Below are positions 8,523 through 17,939 of a DNA stretch of 64,000 bases, piece after piece; within the stretch, counting starts at the first letter, position 1, and each line of letters starts with the position of its first letter. The stretch lies in sequence record JN673056. One strand, given 5' to 3'. This DNA is from Escherichia phage PhaxI. The notes under the pieces are model-generated. The model saw only the letters and a list, made by a program, of their open reading frames with translations, was not told the DNA's origin and did not search any database. The position numbers were made by a program, and so were the translations under genes.

Positions 8523-10436
8523 ATGTCCAACAAAATTGATATTGAACGCAAATACAAAAAGCTCACTCACATAGAGCATATCCTACTTCGCCCAGAGCGT
8601 CATCTGGGCAGTATTCGTTCGTCTGTGGGGACGGTGTGGGTGTATGACCCAACCAAAGACAAAGTCATCTTCCGTGACAACTTTGAGTACTCCCCTGCGC
8701 TGATCAAACAGTTTGATGAAATCATCACCAACTGTGTTGACCACAGCAAGACCTCTGAGGGTAAAGGCTTGACGGAAATCACCGTCACGGTCTCCCCTAT
8801 GAACGGTCAAATCATCGTTTCTGACAACGGGGGTATCCCTGTGGTCAAGCATGGCGTCACCAATGAGTGGCTCCCTGAGATGTTGTTTGGCTCGCTCTAT
8901 GCGGGCAGCAACTTCAACGATGAGGACGAGGAGTACAACAACCAGAAGTCCGGCGGCCAGAACGGTGAAGGGGCTTCGCTCGTCAACGTGTTCTCAAAGT
9001 GGTTCCGCGTTGCTACCAGTGACGGCAAGAAGTCTTATACTCAGCTGTTTGAAGACAACATGAGCAAGAAGTCCAATCCGGTCATCGGCAATACACCGAA
9101 AGAGTTCGGCACCACTATTGCCTGGATCCCTGATTATGCGCGCCTGGGTGTTAAGGGGCTTGACCAGAACAACCTGCTCATGATTTACCGTCGTGCATTC
9201 GAAGTGGCGGCATGCAACCCGCGCCTGAAGGTTGTTCTCAACGGCAAGCAAATCCGCATTGATCGATTTGGTCATTTCGTTGATTACTTCTACGCTGGCT
9301 CGGCTGTTGATGAAACGGATGATTGGTCTGTTGCTATCACTCCCTCATCTGGTGCGTTCATGCATGCATCATACGTGAACTCAATCGCCACGCACATCGG
9401 TGGACCTCACGTTGATTATGTTGCTGACCAGATCGTGGCGGCGATACGCCCTCAGCTGGTTAAGAAGTTCAAGACCGAACTGAAGCCAGCGATGATCAAG
9501 AACCACATGTCATTGTTCATCGCCGCCGACATCAACAACCCTCGCTTTGACAGCCAGACCAAGGAGCGCATGACGACTCCTGTGAGCCAGTTTGGTACGT
9601 CCTACAAGCCCAGCGATAAACTGATTCGCAAGGCGCTTGAGTTCGTGACAGCAGGGCTGAGTAAAGAACTGGCTTCATTACGCAATGAACAAGAAAATGC
9701 CGAATTTGAAAAGGCGAAGAAGGATATCAGCAAACGGGATTATCGTGAGATTGAGAAGTATTATCCGGCGACCGCCAGAGGCGACCGCAGTGGGTGTTCG
9801 CTGCTACTGACAGAAGGTGATAGCGCATCCAACCCTATCCTGAACGCTCGTGATACCAAGAAAATTGGTTTGTTCCCGCTTCGTGGTAAGTTCATCAACT
9901 GCTTGAACGCCCCGCGCTCAAAAGTGATGGCGAACGAAGAATTCAAGAATTTATGCACCATTCACGGCGGTGCTGTGCCAGGCCAGCCGCTTGATATCAG
10001 TCGCTATCCACAGACCGTCGTGGCAACAGACGCGGATGACGACGGCATTCATATCCGTGGGTTGTTAATAACTCTGTATTGTACGTTCTGGCCTGAATAC
10101 GTTCGTCAGGGTAGGCTGAAGCTCCTTCGTACTCCATACATGCGCGTGTGGTGTGGTAATATAATGCACGAATTCATGAACAATGCCGAATATGAGGAGT
10201 TCCTGAAGACACCTGACGCCAAGAAGATCACGAAGAAGAAATATCTGAAAGGTCTTGGCGGTAACAGCACTGAAGACTTCAAGCGTATTCTAAACAACCT
10301 GGATGCGTATACTACGACGGTCACGCTGGACGATGGATACAAGCAGTCACTGAAGAATGGTTTCGGTGATGAGGCTGCTGATTACCGCAAAACCTGGTTT
10401 AGCGATGTTTGCCTATTTGAAACCGAGGATGAATAA
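8523..10436 (+). CDS. 39: DNA topoisomerase II large subunit (gp39 fused with gp60; GyrB-like ATPase plus Toprim)
   Basis: 637-aa ORF; GHKL ATPase region (ITNCVDHS, GASLVNVFS) and Toprim motif LLTEGDSASNPILNARD; length matches unsplit gp39+gp60 of non-T4 relatives. Confidence 0.85.
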   Translation: MSNKIDIERKYKKLTHIEHILLRPERHLGSIRSSVGTVWVYDPTKDKVIFRDNFEYSPALIKQFDEIITNCVDHSKTSEGKGLTEITVTVSPMNGQIIVSDNGGIPVVKHGVTNEWLPEMLFGSLYAGSNFNDEDEEYNNQKSGGQNGEGASLVNVFSKWFRVATSDGKKSYTQLFEDNMSKKSNPVIGNTPKEFGTTIAWIPDYARLGVKGLDQNNLLMIYRRAFEVAACNPRLKVVLNGKQIRIDRFGHFVDYFYAGSAVDETDDWSVAITPSSGAFMHASYVNSIATHIGGPHVDYVADQIVAAIRPQLVKKFKTELKPAMIKNHMSLFIAADINNPRFDSQTKERMTTPVSQFGTSYKPSDKLIRKALEFVTAGLSKELASLRNEQENAEFEKAKKDISKRDYREIEKYYPATARGDRSGCSLLLTEGDSASNPILNARDTKKIGLFPLRGKFINCLNAPRSKVMANEEFKNLCTIHGGAVPGQPLDISRYPQTVVATDADDDGIHIRGLLITLYCTFWPEYVRQGRLKLLRTPYMRVWCGNIMHEFMNNAEYEEFLKTPDAKKITKKKYLKGLGGNSTEDFKRILNNLDAYTTTVTLDDGYKQSLKNGFGDEAADYRKTWFSDVCLFETEDE

Positions 10437-10437
10437 G

Positions 10438-11769
10438 ATGGTTGCTAAAAGTATTACCGTAACAGAATTTATCAACGGGGATCATAAAGAGTTTTCCGTG
10501 GTTAACAGCATCCGTCAAATCCCTCAGCTGATTGACAGCCTGAAGCCAAGCCAGCGCAAGATACTCTTTGCTGCTCTTGAATACAACAAGGAGGAGATTG
10601 TTGACCGCCTTGGCATGTTCGCCGCCGCTCGCACGAATTACAAATCCGGTGGTGAGAACATGAGCGGTACGATCGTGAACATGGCTCAGGGGTTCCCAGG
10701 TACGAATAACATCCCATACTTTGACCGCGACGGACAGTTTGGTTCAATCATGGGGCGCGAAGCGCCTTCCGCTCGTTATATTTCAGTGGCGGTGTCTGAA
10801 GTTATCCGTAAAATCTTCCGAAAGGAGGACGATGGGATATTGGAATACAATTATCTTGGGGAAGAGAAACTGGAGCCGAAATTCTTTTTACCCATCCTGC
10901 CCATGTTTCTCGTGAATGGTATAAATGGTATCGGCTCGGGTTATGCCACCGACCCCCCGTGTCACTGCGTTAAGTCCGTGCTCAGTGCCCTGAGAGCACT
11001 TCTCCGGGGAAAAGACCCGAAGGACTTAAAACCGTACTGGAATGGTTTCAAAGGAGAGACAGGCTATACTGAGGAAGGAAGAGCATACTGTCGTGGTTTG
11101 TTCCCCCGCGTTAATGCAACCACTTTGAACATCACCGAGGTTCCTATTGGTTGGTTCTCTAAAACCTATGAGACCAAAGTGCTGTTGCCCCTGTACAAGG
11201 CGGGAGTCCTCACTGAGTACGCCAACGATACGACCGAAGATGGTTGGGATATCACTGTTGTATTCAAGCGGGGTGAATTGTCTAAGTTGAATGACGAACA
11301 GGTTGAACAGATGTTCCGTCTCTACTCAGCTAATAAGCCCGTGTGGACAGCTTGGGATGAAGATGGTGTTATTCACCGTTATGATGGTTGGAAAGACATG
11401 TTGCTTCCATTTTTCAACTATCGCCTGAGTCGCTATGAAGATAGACGTCAGTATCTTATCAAGGAATTGACCGACAAAATACACCGTTTGAACAATCGTG
11501 CCATATTCATTGGGTGGGCTGTCATTACAGATATGCGCCGGAGCCTCACGGAACTGAAAGCGTTATTCCAGACAGACTATCCTGATTTTGATGGCGATCT
11601 CGATGATTTATTCAAGATGTCTTTATCATCAATTACACTAGATGCCCGTGAACGTTTGTTGAACCAGATAAAGAATTTAGAAGTTCAACGAGAAGAATTA
11701 AATAATAAGCAAGACATCGATCTTTATACTGAAGATTTAGATGATCTTGAAAAGGCATTGGGCCTATAA
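10438..11769 (+). CDS. 52: DNA topoisomerase II medium subunit (GyrA/ParC-like)
   Basis: ATG at 10438, 1 nt after the gp39 stop; N-terminus IDSLKPSQRKILFAA typical of the type II topoisomerase A subunit; about 443 aa like T4 gp52. Confidence 0.8.
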   Translation: MVAKSITVTEFINGDHKEFSVVNSIRQIPQLIDSLKPSQRKILFAALEYNKEEIVDRLGMFAAARTNYKSGGENMSGTIVNMAQGFPGTNNIPYFDRDGQFGSIMGREAPSARYISVAVSEVIRKIFRKEDDGILEYNYLGEEKLEPKFFLPILPMFLVNGINGIGSGYATDPPCHCVKSVLSALRALLRGKDPKDLKPYWNGFKGETGYTEEGRAYCRGLFPRVNATTLNITEVPIGWFSKTYETKVLLPLYKAGVLTEYANDTTEDGWDITVVFKRGELSKLNDEQVEQMFRLYSANKPVWTAWDEDGVIHRYDGWKDMLLPFFNYRLSRYEDRRQYLIKELTDKIHRLNNRAIFIGWAVITDMRRSLTELKALFQTDYPDFDGDLDDLFKMSLSSITLDARERLLNQIKNLEVQREELNNKQDIDLYTEDLDDLEKALGL

Positions 11770-11812
11770 ATCTGGAGGGTGAAATTCCCTCCAAACAAGC
11801 GAGGGGTTCACC

Positions 11813-12091
11813 ATGTTTGTATATTTCCGCAGTCTCTCATTGCTGACTTTCTTCTATTGGTTGTTCGATATCTTATGCCCTCGTTTTATTAAAGAGGAAG
11901 TTGCTTTCGTCAACCATGAAGGCCAACAAGATTTATGGATACCTCTTTGCGCTCTTTCTGATGTAACCGAATGGGATGAAGTGGGTATGGTTGGCACCAT
12001 GCGTTCATTTAATTTGTTTGGATTTGCATTATTCCCTAAGTTAATTGGAGAATTACGCCCATACAATCCTGATGAAGAAGTGGAGGCGTGA
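11813..12091 (+). CDS. hypothetical protein
   Basis: 92-aa ORF; preceded by hairpin GGAGGG...CCCTCC at about 11774-11792. Confidence 0.4.
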   Translation: MFVYFRSLSLLTFFYWLFDILCPRFIKEEVAFVNHEGQQDLWIPLCALSDVTEWDEVGMVGTMRSFNLFGFALFPKLIGELRPYNPDEEVEA

Positions 12092-12092
12092 T

Positions 12093-12398
12093 ATGTCAAA
12101 ATTATTGACTCCAAAATTATTATCAATGGGTGGTTCCATATATTTTCATTGTCCTGGATGTAATATGCTTCATCCTTATCGCATTTCAGGGCAAATGCCT
12201 GGCCCAATATGGCAATGGAATCACGATCTCGAATCACCGACTTTCACTCCTAGTCTGTTGGTGAATCATTCTCATCCGGCGAGTCGTTGTCATTTGTTCT
12301 TGACTGATGGTAAATTACAATTCCTTGGTGACTGTTTCCACGAATTAAAGAATCAAACGGTGGAGATGGTTGATATCCCCGAACTGAAATATGGATAG
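12093..12398 (+). CDS. hypothetical zinc-ribbon protein
   Basis: ATG at 12093 after GGAGGCGTGAT; CPGC...H and C.H cysteine/histidine clusters. Confidence 0.45.
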   Translation: MSKLLTPKLLSMGGSIYFHCPGCNMLHPYRISGQMPGPIWQWNHDLESPTFTPSLLVNHSHPASRCHLFLTDGKLQFLGDCFHELKNQTVEMVDIPELKYG

Positions 12399-12406
12399 AT
12401 TAGATT

Positions 12407-12820
12407 ATGAAATTACTTGGATATTTTCGTTCTTTACCTACTGGATCTCCTAATGGGTGTCAGTTATATTCTGAGGTGAAAGGGGACGTGGACGACACTC
12501 ACATCGCCTTGTATACTCGTGATATACCTGACCCAACCAAGTTTGATCGGCGTGTTGTGGCTGCTGCCAACAAATATGGTGATGTGATCGTTGTAAGCGC
12601 TCGACATCACGACAAATTGATGAACACGCAACTCAAACGATTGAAGGAAGCAGGTATTATCGAAACCACCCACACTCGTGAACAAGGGTTTATTGATAAC
12701 TATGGGCAATGGATGTCCCGTGAAGAGGCCGCTGTGGTCGCTCGTGAAGCCGGACAAACTAATCAGGTCCGTTTGAAGAACACTCCTTTCAAAGAACTCT
12801 TTTCCGAAGACCTCTATTGA
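12407..12820 (+). CDS. hypothetical protein
   Basis: 137-aa ORF; followed by a hairpin GGCGG-TATAATTG-CCGCC. Confidence 0.45.
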   Translation: MKLLGYFRSLPTGSPNGCQLYSEVKGDVDDTHIALYTRDIPDPTKFDRRVVAAANKYGDVIVVSARHHDKLMNTQLKRLKEAGIIETTHTREQGFIDNYGQWMSREEAAVVAREAGQTNQVRLKNTPFKELFSEDLY

Positions 12821-12869
12821 ATAAATTGGCGGTATAATTGCCGCCTAACCCCATAATGAGACAAATAAC

Positions 12870-13094
12870 ATGGCAAATGAAATTGGTGATATTGCCCAGT
12901 TCCGTGCTATTTCACGCCGCCTGAAATCGTATGGACTTGTCATCGAAGAAATAGATGAAGATGTTCAGGGTGTATTGGAAGGGATGTTTGGGAGTACCGT
13001 TGGAACGGAATTATTTGAACTTTTAAAGATGGCAGCTGATAACCAATTCGTTGAATATATTTCTGAACACGCTATTGATGGTCTGAATAAATGA
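12870..13094 (+). CDS. hypothetical protein
   Basis: 74-aa ORF. Confidence 0.4.
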   Translation: MANEIGDIAQFRAISRRLKSYGLVIEEIDEDVQGVLEGMFGSTVGTELFELLKMAADNQFVEYISEHAIDGLNK

Positions 13095-13327
13095 ACGAGT
13101 TATATGAATTTGAACGCGTGTATGAGTCCGCTTCAGTTTCAGGATACATGAAACGATTATATCAAGAAATCTGTGTTCGTTTGATAATGCGAGGAATATC
13201 TGTCAATTGTGTTATGGCACAGACAGACAGTTTTATTATGACACTCACTGACCATCGCCAGAATATGTGTATCATCCAGGTTAGCTGTGTCAACAACGAA
13301 ATTATACAATGGAGACGTTACGCATGA
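13091..13327 (+). CDS. hypothetical protein
   Basis: 78-aa ORF; ATGA start/stop overlaps with neighbours. Confidence 0.4.
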   Translation: MNELYEFERVYESASVSGYMKRLYQEICVRLIMRGISVNCVMAQTDSFIMTLTDHRQNMCIIQVSCVNNEIIQWRRYA

Positions 13328-13929
13328 CCACATATGTTATCACAAACGGCGATTTACTGAAAGCCGCTACGAGTTTTAATCTCATCAATGCTTTCGCTCA
13401 TGGCGCAGATTGTTGGTCTGTGATGGGCGCAGGTATCGCCAACCATGTTCGATTAGATTTCCCAGAAATTTACCGAGCCGACCAATTAGATGAACGTGGT
13501 CCGGAACAACGTTTGGGGAACATGTCCTATGCGTTTGATCATGACACTGGTGTCTGGGGATTCAATTTGTATACTCAGTTCTACCCTGGTCCTAACGCAC
13601 GCATGCCTTCCATTATCAGTTCAGTTCAGATTATGTTTGAACAAGTTCACGATATCATTGAGGCAAAAACTGACGAAACAGTCTATGTTGGTTTACCCGC
13701 CATCGGCTGTGGCATCGGTGGATTAAAACTGTTTCACGTGGTGAGTCAGATTAATAAAATCGCGGAGACTATCTTCGAAGATTCCAGGCGTCGTGTCGTA
13801 CCCGTCTTTTATATCCGACAGGGTGACGGGTTTGAACAAGATTTACAAGAACTTTCCCAGATGGTGGACTACGGAATCTCTGTCGTAGCTAGTGAAGAAG
13901 ATATCATCGAAGAGGAAGGTATTGGATGA
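13324..13929 (+). CDS. Macro domain protein (TARG1/OARD1-like ADP-ribose hydrolase fold)
   Basis: Start ATG at 13324 overlapping the upstream stop (ATGA); motif HGADCWSVMGAGIANHV...FP resembles the TARG1/DarG-type macrodomain signature (C..MGAGIA); second glycine-rich motif LPAIGCGIGGL. Confidence 0.55.
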   Translation: MTTYVITNGDLLKAATSFNLINAFAHGADCWSVMGAGIANHVRLDFPEIYRADQLDERGPEQRLGNMSYAFDHDTGVWGFNLYTQFYPGPNARMPSIISSVQIMFEQVHDIIEAKTDETVYVGLPAIGCGIGGLKLFHVVSQINKIAETIFEDSRRRVVPVFYIRQGDGFEQDLQELSQMVDYGISVVASEEDIIEEEGIG

Positions 13930-14270
13930 AGCGTGAAATAACAGAAGAGATGCTCGCCAAAGCCGTTCTTCATCCCAAGGTGCGTTTTGCATTTATCCCT
14001 ACACGTTTACACGATGGAAATTGGGTATGGCTGGAGCATTATGTTCGCGCTCCTATCGGCCTATATGCCCAACTCCGTTATGGCGGCGAAGTCGAGTTGA
14101 AACAATATCGCGTCGGCGGGGGATTAGGCGGGTTGGATGACGGGGAATATTTCCCACATCGAAATTTCGCCATGAACGATAATTCATATTTCAAAGTCGA
14201 GTATGCCGCCGCTTGTGGGACATATCCTTTGAAACTTCTTTTAGAGAAAGCAGGGGAAACTGATGTATAA
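13926..14270 (+). CDS. hypothetical protein
   Basis: 114-aa ORF, overlaps the upstream stop by 4 nt. Confidence 0.4.
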   Translation: MKREITEEMLAKAVLHPKVRFAFIPTRLHDGNWVWLEHYVRAPIGLYAQLRYGGEVELKQYRVGGGLGGLDDGEYFPHRNFAMNDNSYFKVEYAAACGTYPLKLLLEKAGETDV

Positions 14271-14898
14271 ATCTAATTTCTTGGCCGTCGCTGATAGCGA
14301 AACTCTCGGTCGTTGGGATGATGCTGTCATGTTGTCTTGGGCACAGACTATCGCCGACCTGACCAAGCGTTATACTCTTCAGCAGCTTGTTGTAGAGCGC
14401 ACGACATTTATCAAACTGAATGTCAAAGAACAGATTGAACTTGGCCGTGTGAAAGACCAGGGCACTGTGGAATGGTGGCTGGGTACAGGTAAACGCAACC
14501 CGTGCGACGCCGCCCGAGCTATCAGTCTATATCCGACCGACAAGGATATTTCTATTTTCAAATTGGCCGATGAAATTCGCAAGGGATGCCATCGCCTTGG
14601 GATCGACCCGCGATCGGTTGACTGGTGTGATAGGAATCTGTTTGACCTACGCAAGGCTCAGCACATCATTGAGGTGACGTGTAAGCAAGATTCCAACGAA
14701 CCTTGGGTCTATCACCACACATTTGACATCGTAAGCTGGCTGAAGGGTATTGGGCAGCAGGATCGATATGCTGGTATCAAGGCGTGGGAACTGGAAGGTA
14801 TGATCTATCATGACCCTCGTTATGATGCGGCGCTTGACTGGCTACGCATTCAGAAAACCATGGAAGACCTGATGGGGGCTGAAAGGTGGAAAGGATGA
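14263..14898 (+). CDS. DEDDh-type 3'-5' exonuclease (DexA-like)
   Basis: Exo I-like FLAVADSETLG and Exo III-like YHDPRYDAALD motifs. Confidence 0.45.
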   Translation: MYKSNFLAVADSETLGRWDDAVMLSWAQTIADLTKRYTLQQLVVERTTFIKLNVKEQIELGRVKDQGTVEWWLGTGKRNPCDAARAISLYPTDKDISIFKLADEIRKGCHRLGIDPRSVDWCDRNLFDLRKAQHIIEVTCKQDSNEPWVYHHTFDIVSWLKGIGQQDRYAGIKAWELEGMIYHDPRYDAALDWLRIQKTMEDLMGAERWKG

Positions 14899-14974
14899 AT
14901 CTTTCCTTGTTTCATGGTTGTTTACAATCATAGTTTTCTTCATAGTCTGTGTTCAATATTTTGGAGGTTCTTAA

Positions 14975-15265
14975 ATGTTCTTTCAAATTGTCGGGGTGAT
15001 CACGACCATTGTTTTTGTTGCCATAACGCTTTGGATATTGTATTCTTCATTTATCCATCCGATTTTCAGGGCTCTCAGTATTACACGTTGGCTCACAGCG
15101 TGTTCTTTGAAATCCGGAAGCGAATGTCCTTCTTTATCGTCCAAATGGAAATTCTTCAAATGGGCGTATGAAGTCGGAGGAGTCCGAACAACCAGATATT
15201 CGAATAATGTAGGGGAATGGTTTAGCATCGGCAATTGGCGTTTGTACGAATCTGAAGACAAATAA
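14975..15265 (+). CDS. hypothetical membrane protein
   Basis: 96-aa ORF with N-terminal transmembrane helix (IVGVITTIVFVAITLWILY); followed by a terminator. Confidence 0.4.
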   Translation: MFFQIVGVITTIVFVAITLWILYSSFIHPIFRALSITRWLTACSLKSGSECPSLSSKWKFFKWAYEVGGVRTTRYSNNVGEWFSIGNWRLYESEDK

Positions 15266-15290
15266 GCCCCGAAAGGGGCTTTTCTATTTG
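15265..15290 (+). terminator. Rho-independent terminator (GAAA tetraloop)
   Basis: AGCCCC-GAAA-GGGGCT followed by TTTTCTATTT; TATAAT 12 nt further downstream. Confidence 0.65.
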
Positions 15291-15337
15291 TATAATGTAT
15301 TATCATTGTACCATCATATCTTTATGGCGCACAACAA

Positions 15338-15634
15338 ATGAAAGAGCAAGAAATTATCCAGCATTGTATTCGCTTAGGAACATTAAAACCTCTCTATCAG
15401 GCTTTGCGTTTCAATGCCATTAAATTCAAACCTTTACCAAGAACTATTGCAACGTTCTTTGCCATGCGTTCTGTTGGAAAAACGATTTTCTTTGAGCATG
15501 ACATTTATTTTTATACAAAGATTAATGGCGAAGATTTAGATAAAATGATTTTCGTGAACGACGATAAAAATATGAAGATAAAAGTGGAAAACGAATTGCG
15601 CAGGATAAATGATTCTTTAAGAGGAATATTTTAA
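15338..15634 (+). CDS. hypothetical protein
   Basis: 98-aa ORF. Confidence 0.4.
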   Translation: MKEQEIIQHCIRLGTLKPLYQALRFNAIKFKPLPRTIATFFAMRSVGKTIFFEHDIYFYTKINGEDLDKMIFVNDDKNMKIKVENELRRINDSLRGIF

Positions 15635-16296
15635 TGGAAATTGTTGTCTCAATATCTGATTGTGATTTTGTATACCGTGTTCTTCAAGGGGATGCTCCAT
15701 TGCCGGAGAATAATCAAGAAGTGACGTTGTTCTGGTCTGGTGGGGTGGATAGCACATACATGTTGATTTGGTTGTTATCGAAAGGATATTCAGTTCATAC
15801 TGTGTATTGCCACCTCGAAAATAATAAATTTAAATCTAAACGCGAAAATTGGGCGAGGAATAAAATACACAACTGGATTAATAAAAATGCCCCACTTCTC
15901 ATGTATCGTTGGACACATCATCAAGAACCTATCAGTAGCATCAACGTCCCGAACGGTGGTTTTCGCGCTTGTTTAGCACAAGCCCCGATATGGTTATTAA
16001 ACACGCAATTTAAAGGCAGTGGCTTGCCTTCCACGTATATCTTGGCATATGTTAACGGCGATGACGCAATACACTGGATACCCGCCTTTAATAAAGTTAT
16101 TGAAGGATACAACATGATGACCAGAGACGGGGAAAGATCTATTGAAATTTTATATCCATTGATTAGTCTCAAGAAATCTTGGTTCTATCATCACATGTCC
16201 CCAATACATGACTTAATGACATGGTGTGAATTGCCAATTTTGAAAAAGAATTGTGATTGTCCTGCGTGTGTTCGACATCGCCATGAGTTATCATAG
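15634..16296 (+). CDS. PP-loop ATPase, QueC-like (7-cyano-7-deazaguanine synthase family)
   Basis: PP-loop SGGVDS in LFWSGGVDSTYML; C-terminal cysteine cluster TWCE...NCDCPACVRH resembling the QueC zinc site; about 220 aa like QueC. Confidence 0.5.
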   Translation: MEIVVSISDCDFVYRVLQGDAPLPENNQEVTLFWSGGVDSTYMLIWLLSKGYSVHTVYCHLENNKFKSKRENWARNKIHNWINKNAPLLMYRWTHHQEPISSINVPNGGFRACLAQAPIWLLNTQFKGSGLPSTYILAYVNGDDAIHWIPAFNKVIEGYNMMTRDGERSIEILYPLISLKKSWFYHHMSPIHDLMTWCELPILKKNCDCPACVRHRHELS

Positions 16297-16298
16297 AG

Positions 16299-16640
16299 AT
16301 GAAACGTTCAGTTGTTGTAAATGACATCACGAGATTGATAAATCTTATCAAAGACGTCTTCCCACAACAGGTGGATGTTGAGTATGTTGGGAAGAACGGA
16401 AAGTGCTATCAGGTTGCTCTGGTTCTGAAGCATGTGTATCCTCAAGCAGAGATCCATTACAGTCAGATCGAAGGTCATGTATACACTCTGATTGATGGGA
16501 ATTATTATGACATCGAAGGCATTCACTTCAGTGTTCCTCCCGATACGTGCTTATTGGAACATAATAGAGGTCACAAACCGCATCGCTGGCATAAAGGGTT
16601 TGTGAACGTACCGATTTTAGAATGGCTGAGGAAACCATAA
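16299..16640 (+). CDS. hypothetical protein
   Basis: 113-aa ORF; stop overlaps the next start (TAATG). Confidence 0.4.
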   Translation: MKRSVVVNDITRLINLIKDVFPQQVDVEYVGKNGKCYQVALVLKHVYPQAEIHYSQIEGHVYTLIDGNYYDIEGIHFSVPPDTCLLEHNRGHKPHRWHKGFVNVPILEWLRKP

Positions 16641-17200
16641 TGGCGGGAATTGTAAAGCACCTTGGTGACACTCATCTTGGGCATAAGAAGGTCTTTAAAC
16701 CGCGTGGATTTGATACACAGGAAGCCCATGACGCTGCGGTCATTGACAGTATCTTTCAGGGGTTGAAGTCTCGGGACGTTCTTGAACTGGCTGGTGATAT
16801 ATGCTTCATCGGGGCTGAAGGGTTCATTCGCCTGATGCGGGAGGGTGCCAAGCGAAACATTGATGAGTTTAAGCGACGCCCCGTCCCCGATGACTGGCGT
16901 CCGAACTTTATCATCAGGGTGGCACAGGGCAACCACGATAGCTTTAAGATGCTGTTGTCTTTGTATATGGACGGCTGGATTAGCTCCTTCGGCGCTATGT
17001 ACGAACGTGACACGCCTGTTGGCCGTGTGTTGACAACACATGTTCCTTATCAATTAGACCGTTGGGCGTATAATATCCATGGTCATCTTCACGAAAATAT
17101 TCGCGAAGAGCGCGAATACCTGAACTGCAGTTGGGAACAATTCAAGCGTCCTGTAACCCTGGCTGAGTTGTTATACACAAATTTAGGAATTGTGCTATGA
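16640..17200 (+). CDS. calcineurin-like metallophosphoesterase
   Basis: Metallophosphatase motifs [22 protein letters not shown] and IHGHLHE in the canonical order. Confidence 0.65.
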   Translation: MAGIVKHLGDTHLGHKKVFKPRGFDTQEAHDAAVIDSIFQGLKSRDVLELAGDICFIGAEGFIRLMREGAKRNIDEFKRRPVPDDWRPNFIIRVAQGNHDSFKMLLSLYMDGWISSFGAMYERDTPVGRVLTTHVPYQLDRWAYNIHGHLHENIREEREYLNCSWEQFKRPVTLAELLYTNLGIVL

Positions 17201-17529
17201 AAATATTCTTTCCTGGTCAGAAAGTACCCGAAGAAATACAAAAGGTCGAGTTATTTGGTTATAAAAGCGGTGATCCGTTCCTGCGATTTTCTTCACCATG
17301 TATCGTGAAGCGCAATCATGAAGGGCATTATGTGCGCCCAATCATCCTCATGGGTTCTGTCATGACGCTGAGAGCTAAAACGGATTCGGTTGTTATTACT
17401 GGAAGTCCCAACATACCCAATGGAAAGACTACGCTAAATTGCAAGCCCATCCTGTCGTCTTGGGTGTTAATTGTATTTCTGTCTATAATCTTGTTTTATC
17501 GTTACCTTACTGACTTGGGGATCTTATGA
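17197..17529 (+). CDS. hypothetical protein with C-terminal TM helix
   Basis: 110-aa ORF; ATGA overlap with upstream gene. Confidence 0.4.
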   Translation: MKIFFPGQKVPEEIQKVELFGYKSGDPFLRFSSPCIVKRNHEGHYVRPIILMGSVMTLRAKTDSVVITGSPNIPNGKTTLNCKPILSSWVLIVFLSIILFYRYLTDLGIL

Positions 17530-17876
17530 AAAAGCCACGCATCACAGGACATCAACTCTGCGTCCTTTTAGGAATGTTGAATTTTGAAAAAGGTGAAGCC
17601 AGACGCCTTTGTCATTGGTATTTCAATCCCAAATCTTGGACGAACGATAAAGGGAAAACGGTTTGGACTTTTCATGCGCCACCGATATCTGGCGGGTTTC
17701 GTTCTGTAAAGGGTGATCCATGGGATACGCGTTCAGGTCAATCCTTGTTGTCTAAAGGTCTGATAGAACCTGCGTTTACAATGGTTCATGACAACTCTGA
17801 AGAGTATAAGCATTGGCCGAAGTCTGAAGTAACATTCTATAGGCTTACAGACCTCGGTAAAGCATGTACTGAATAA
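17526..17876 (+). CDS. hypothetical protein
   Basis: 116-aa ORF. Confidence 0.4.
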   Translation: MKKPRITGHQLCVLLGMLNFEKGEARRLCHWYFNPKSWTNDKGKTVWTFHAPPISGGFRSVKGDPWDTRSGQSLLSKGLIEPAFTMVHDNSEEYKHWPKSEVTFYRLTDLGKACTE

Positions 17877-17897
17877 TATTTTAGGTTATTGAAGAAA

Positions 17898-17925
17898 GGG
17901 GAAGGTATACTTCCCCTTAATTTAT
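17898..17925 (+). terminator. terminator-like hairpin
   Basis: GGGGAAG-GTATA-CTTCCCC followed by TTAATTTATT. Confidence 0.5.
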
Positions 17926-17939
17926 TGGGAGAGACAAAC

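Noticed and set aside
8523-10436. Gene 60-type translational bypass or intron in the topoisomerase gene
   Set aside because: The large subunit is one uninterrupted ORF containing the complete Toprim region; no in-frame stop followed by a hairpin was seen
12827-12845. Hairpin GGCGG-TATAATTG-CCGCC as a terminator or promoter
   Set aside because: No U-tract follows the stem and the TATAAT lies in the loop without a suitably spaced -35; function unclear, not annotated
16571-17053. 160-aa minus-strand ORF
   Set aside because: Antisense to the metallophosphoesterase gene, which has four canonical motifs; chance ORF
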